Of a DNA stretch of 64,000 nt, positions 61,244-64,000 are shown one piece after another. Below the pieces are notes generated by a model. It did not search any database and was not told where the DNA came from. It saw nothing but the letters and a program-made list of their open reading frames with translations. Source of the stretch: Mustelus asterias (Eukaryota); NCBI RefSeq assembly GCF_964213995.1, contig NC_135808.1, positions 20,336,001-20,400,000 on the forward strand, read 5' to 3'. A program made the translations under genes and the position numbers. Within the stretch, counting starts at the first letter, position 1. Each line of letters begins with the position of its first letter.

Positions 61244-64000
61244 TTTAGACTCAACCCCCCGCCCCCCTCCCCCCATGCCAATCAACTGCTTCAGAGTAAA
61301 AACCGCCAGGATTTTCACAAAATAAACCCGCTAATCATTTACCCCGTGGCGGAAGTCCATTATGTAAACCCTGCCTCATTGGGAGATAATTTCACATCAC
61401 AATAGTGGCAACAACGACGTGCATTTAAAGAGCGCATTTGTTTTACGTGTATTATTTCATGAGCTGATGGCGTATCTGACATGGCCAGAGAGTGTTGCTC
61501 CTTCCAAATTGCCCTTGACAAGGTGTCGGGAGTTGTCATCTCGAACCACCAAAGGTCGTGTTGTGTCAGAATCCCACTGTACTGTTAAAGGCGGGGGGTT
61601 TCCAGGATTCTAAACGAGTGTCAGAGAAGGAATCGCGATATAGTTGGAAGGATTGTGTACGGCTTTGAGGAGAATGTACAGATTGGGCCGTTCCCATATG
61701 TCGGCTGCCCATGCCCTTCTCGGTGTTAGTGGTCGCAGGTTTGGAATGAGCTGACGAAGAAGCTTTGATGATTTCGTCTTGTAGAGGGTACATACTAGTG
61801 CCACTGTGTAGCGGTGGTGAAGGAAGCGAATGTTAAGGGTTAGTGGTCGGGATGCCAGTCAAGTTAGTGGCTTTCTTCTGGATGGTGTCAATTTAGTTGA
61901 GTGCTGGAAGCGCACTCTCCCTGGACAATGGATGTCATAGTGGTTAGCATTGCTGCCTCAGCTCCAGGGACTCGGGTTCAATTCCGGTCTTGGGTAACTG
62001 TGTGGAGTTTGTAAATTCTCCCCGTGTCTGCGTAGGATTTCTTCGGATCCTCCGGATGCTCCGGTTTCCTCCCACAGTCCAAAGATGTCCAGGTGGATTG
62101 TCCATGAAAATTGTCCCTTAGTATCCCAGGATGTTTAGATTAGATGGATTGGCCATGGGAAATGTGTCGGTGTACGGGGATAGGGAGATGGAGAGGACCT
62201 GGGTAAGATACTCAGACAGTCGGTTCAATGGGCCGAATGGCCTGTTCTGTACTTTAGGGAAATTACGAATCTATAATCACAGTCCTAATTGGTGCCTTGT
62301 AGGTAGTGGACACTTCTGGGGACACAGGCGGTGAGTTACTCGCTCAGAATCCCAGCCTCCGATCTGCTCTTCCAACCACAGCACTAAGATGGCTAGTCCA
62401 GTTCAGGTTCTGGTCAATGGTGACCCCTAGAGGTTGAATGTTTGGAATTCAGAGATTGTAACGCCGTTGAATTTTAAAGTCAGGTGTTTAAGTGCGTCAT
62501 AGCCTTTGCCTGGCACTTGTGTGGTGCAAATATTGGTAAAACATCTCAATACACTTCATAGCAGCCAATACGAAATAGAATTCGAGTCCCAGAACTAGAG
62601 ACTAGGATAGGCGAACATAAGGTGGGTCAAAGAAATAGACTTCTAGAAATGTCTTAAAAAAGGCGAGTCGAGACAAAGCAGAGAGGCCTCTGCAGAGAAT
62701 TGCAGGGATTCGGGTTCAGAGGGCAGGCCGCATTCTTATCCAACACATCAATCCCTTATCTCTTAGGGATTACTCATATCATTTTATAATTCTCTGGACG
62801 TCTACGTATAATTGATGTGGGTGGCGGGACGTGCTAGTGGCAATGTTACCGGGCTAGCAATCCGCCCAGGCTAATGTTCTGGAGTCATGGGTTGCAACTC
62901 CACCACGTTGCTGGAATTTACATTCACTTAATTAAAAATAAATCTGCATCTGAAAGTTGATCTTAGTCTCAGTCACTATAAAACGATAATTGAAAGTCTT
63001 CATAAAGCAGACGAATTACTGGCCTTTAGAAACTGGAATATTGAACATAAAAGCGAGAACTGATCATAAACCTATATAAACTGTGCTTTGGTTTCAACGC
63101 CCATGGTTTTGGGCGCCACAATTTAGGATGGATGTGAAGGTTGCAGAGAGGTCGCATAATACATACATGAATATGTTTCCAGATATGCGGAACATCAGTT
63201 GCATGGTAAAATTGGGGAAGGTGGGGTTATTCAGCTTGCCCAAGATTTCGTGGAGATTTGATAGATGTATTCTCGATCCATCCACCAGGGGCAGCAGTTC
63301 CTACTTATTCTGTGCAGACCCCTCTCTCCTGTCTCTCACTAAGCCAATGTTGTATCCACACGCCCATTGTCTTGTTAATGTCATGAACTTAGAATTTGCT
63401 AACAGACATACTGCCAAAGGCTATGGGTAAGTTCATACACACAACATTCGCCACGCTATGCTCATCAATCCTTTCTGTCAGTTCATCAAATAATTCAATC
63501 AATTAATCAAGCACAATTTTTCTTTAACAAATCAGTGCTGACTTCTTTGATGAGCCGCCAATTTTTTGGAGTCGTGGGGGGCGGGGGGATGGGGGGGGGG
63601 GGCGGGTGGGGGGGTGGGGGGAGACTATGGTGTAATGCTAATGCTACTGGTCTAGTAATCCAGAGATCCAGCCAAATCTTTTGGGGGCAACTCTTCAAAT
63701 AACACCTTGGGAATTTTAAAAATTTGTTCATGGAATGTGGGTGTCACTGGCTGGTCCAGCATTTATTGCCCATCCCTGAGGGTACTTAAGAGTGAACGAC
63801 ACTGCTGTGGATCTGGAGTCACATATACATAGGCCAGACCAGGTGAAGGCGACAGATTTCCTTCCCTCAAGGGCATTAGTGAGCTAGATGAATTTTTACG
63901 ACAATTAACAATGGTGTCATAGTCATTAGACTTTTCATTCTGGATTTTTATTGAATTCAAATTTCACCATATGCCATGGTGGCATTCGAACCCAGGTCCC

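Overview
Vertebrate genomic DNA, almost certainly from a cartilaginous fish (shark). The repeat landscape is tRNA-derived V-SINE/HE1-type SINEs, CR1 and Rex1/Babar LINEs, and Penelope-like elements; there are two N gaps. Most ORFs in the supplied track are repeat noise. Reading splice sites by hand gives two divergently transcribed immune genes, consistent with an MHC class III region. (1) Minus strand: coding exons 1-10 of complement C4 (ATG at 29864, exon 10 ends at 5951; no later exon found, so the gene probably continues left of the window). (2) Plus strand: an NKp30/NCR3-like receptor with a leader exon (47878), a germline VJ-type Ig V exon (51507-51845) and an uncharged TM exon (55917-56045). 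The most unusual element is its predicted cytoplasmic tail: five tandem pairs of micro-exons (A 22-28 nt, B 35-50 nt), each pair frame-neutral and carrying one position-conserved tyrosine motif (Tyr in three, Phe or Cys in two). This looks like a modular, potentially combinatorially spliced signalling tail that the ORF track cannot show. Also present: a young 5'-truncated CR1 LINE next to C4 exon 10, a solo LTR upstream of C4, Penelope repeats carrying minimal hammerhead ribozymes, and a SINE strand-polarity switch across the locus. All gene models come from manual reading and have no transcript or database support.
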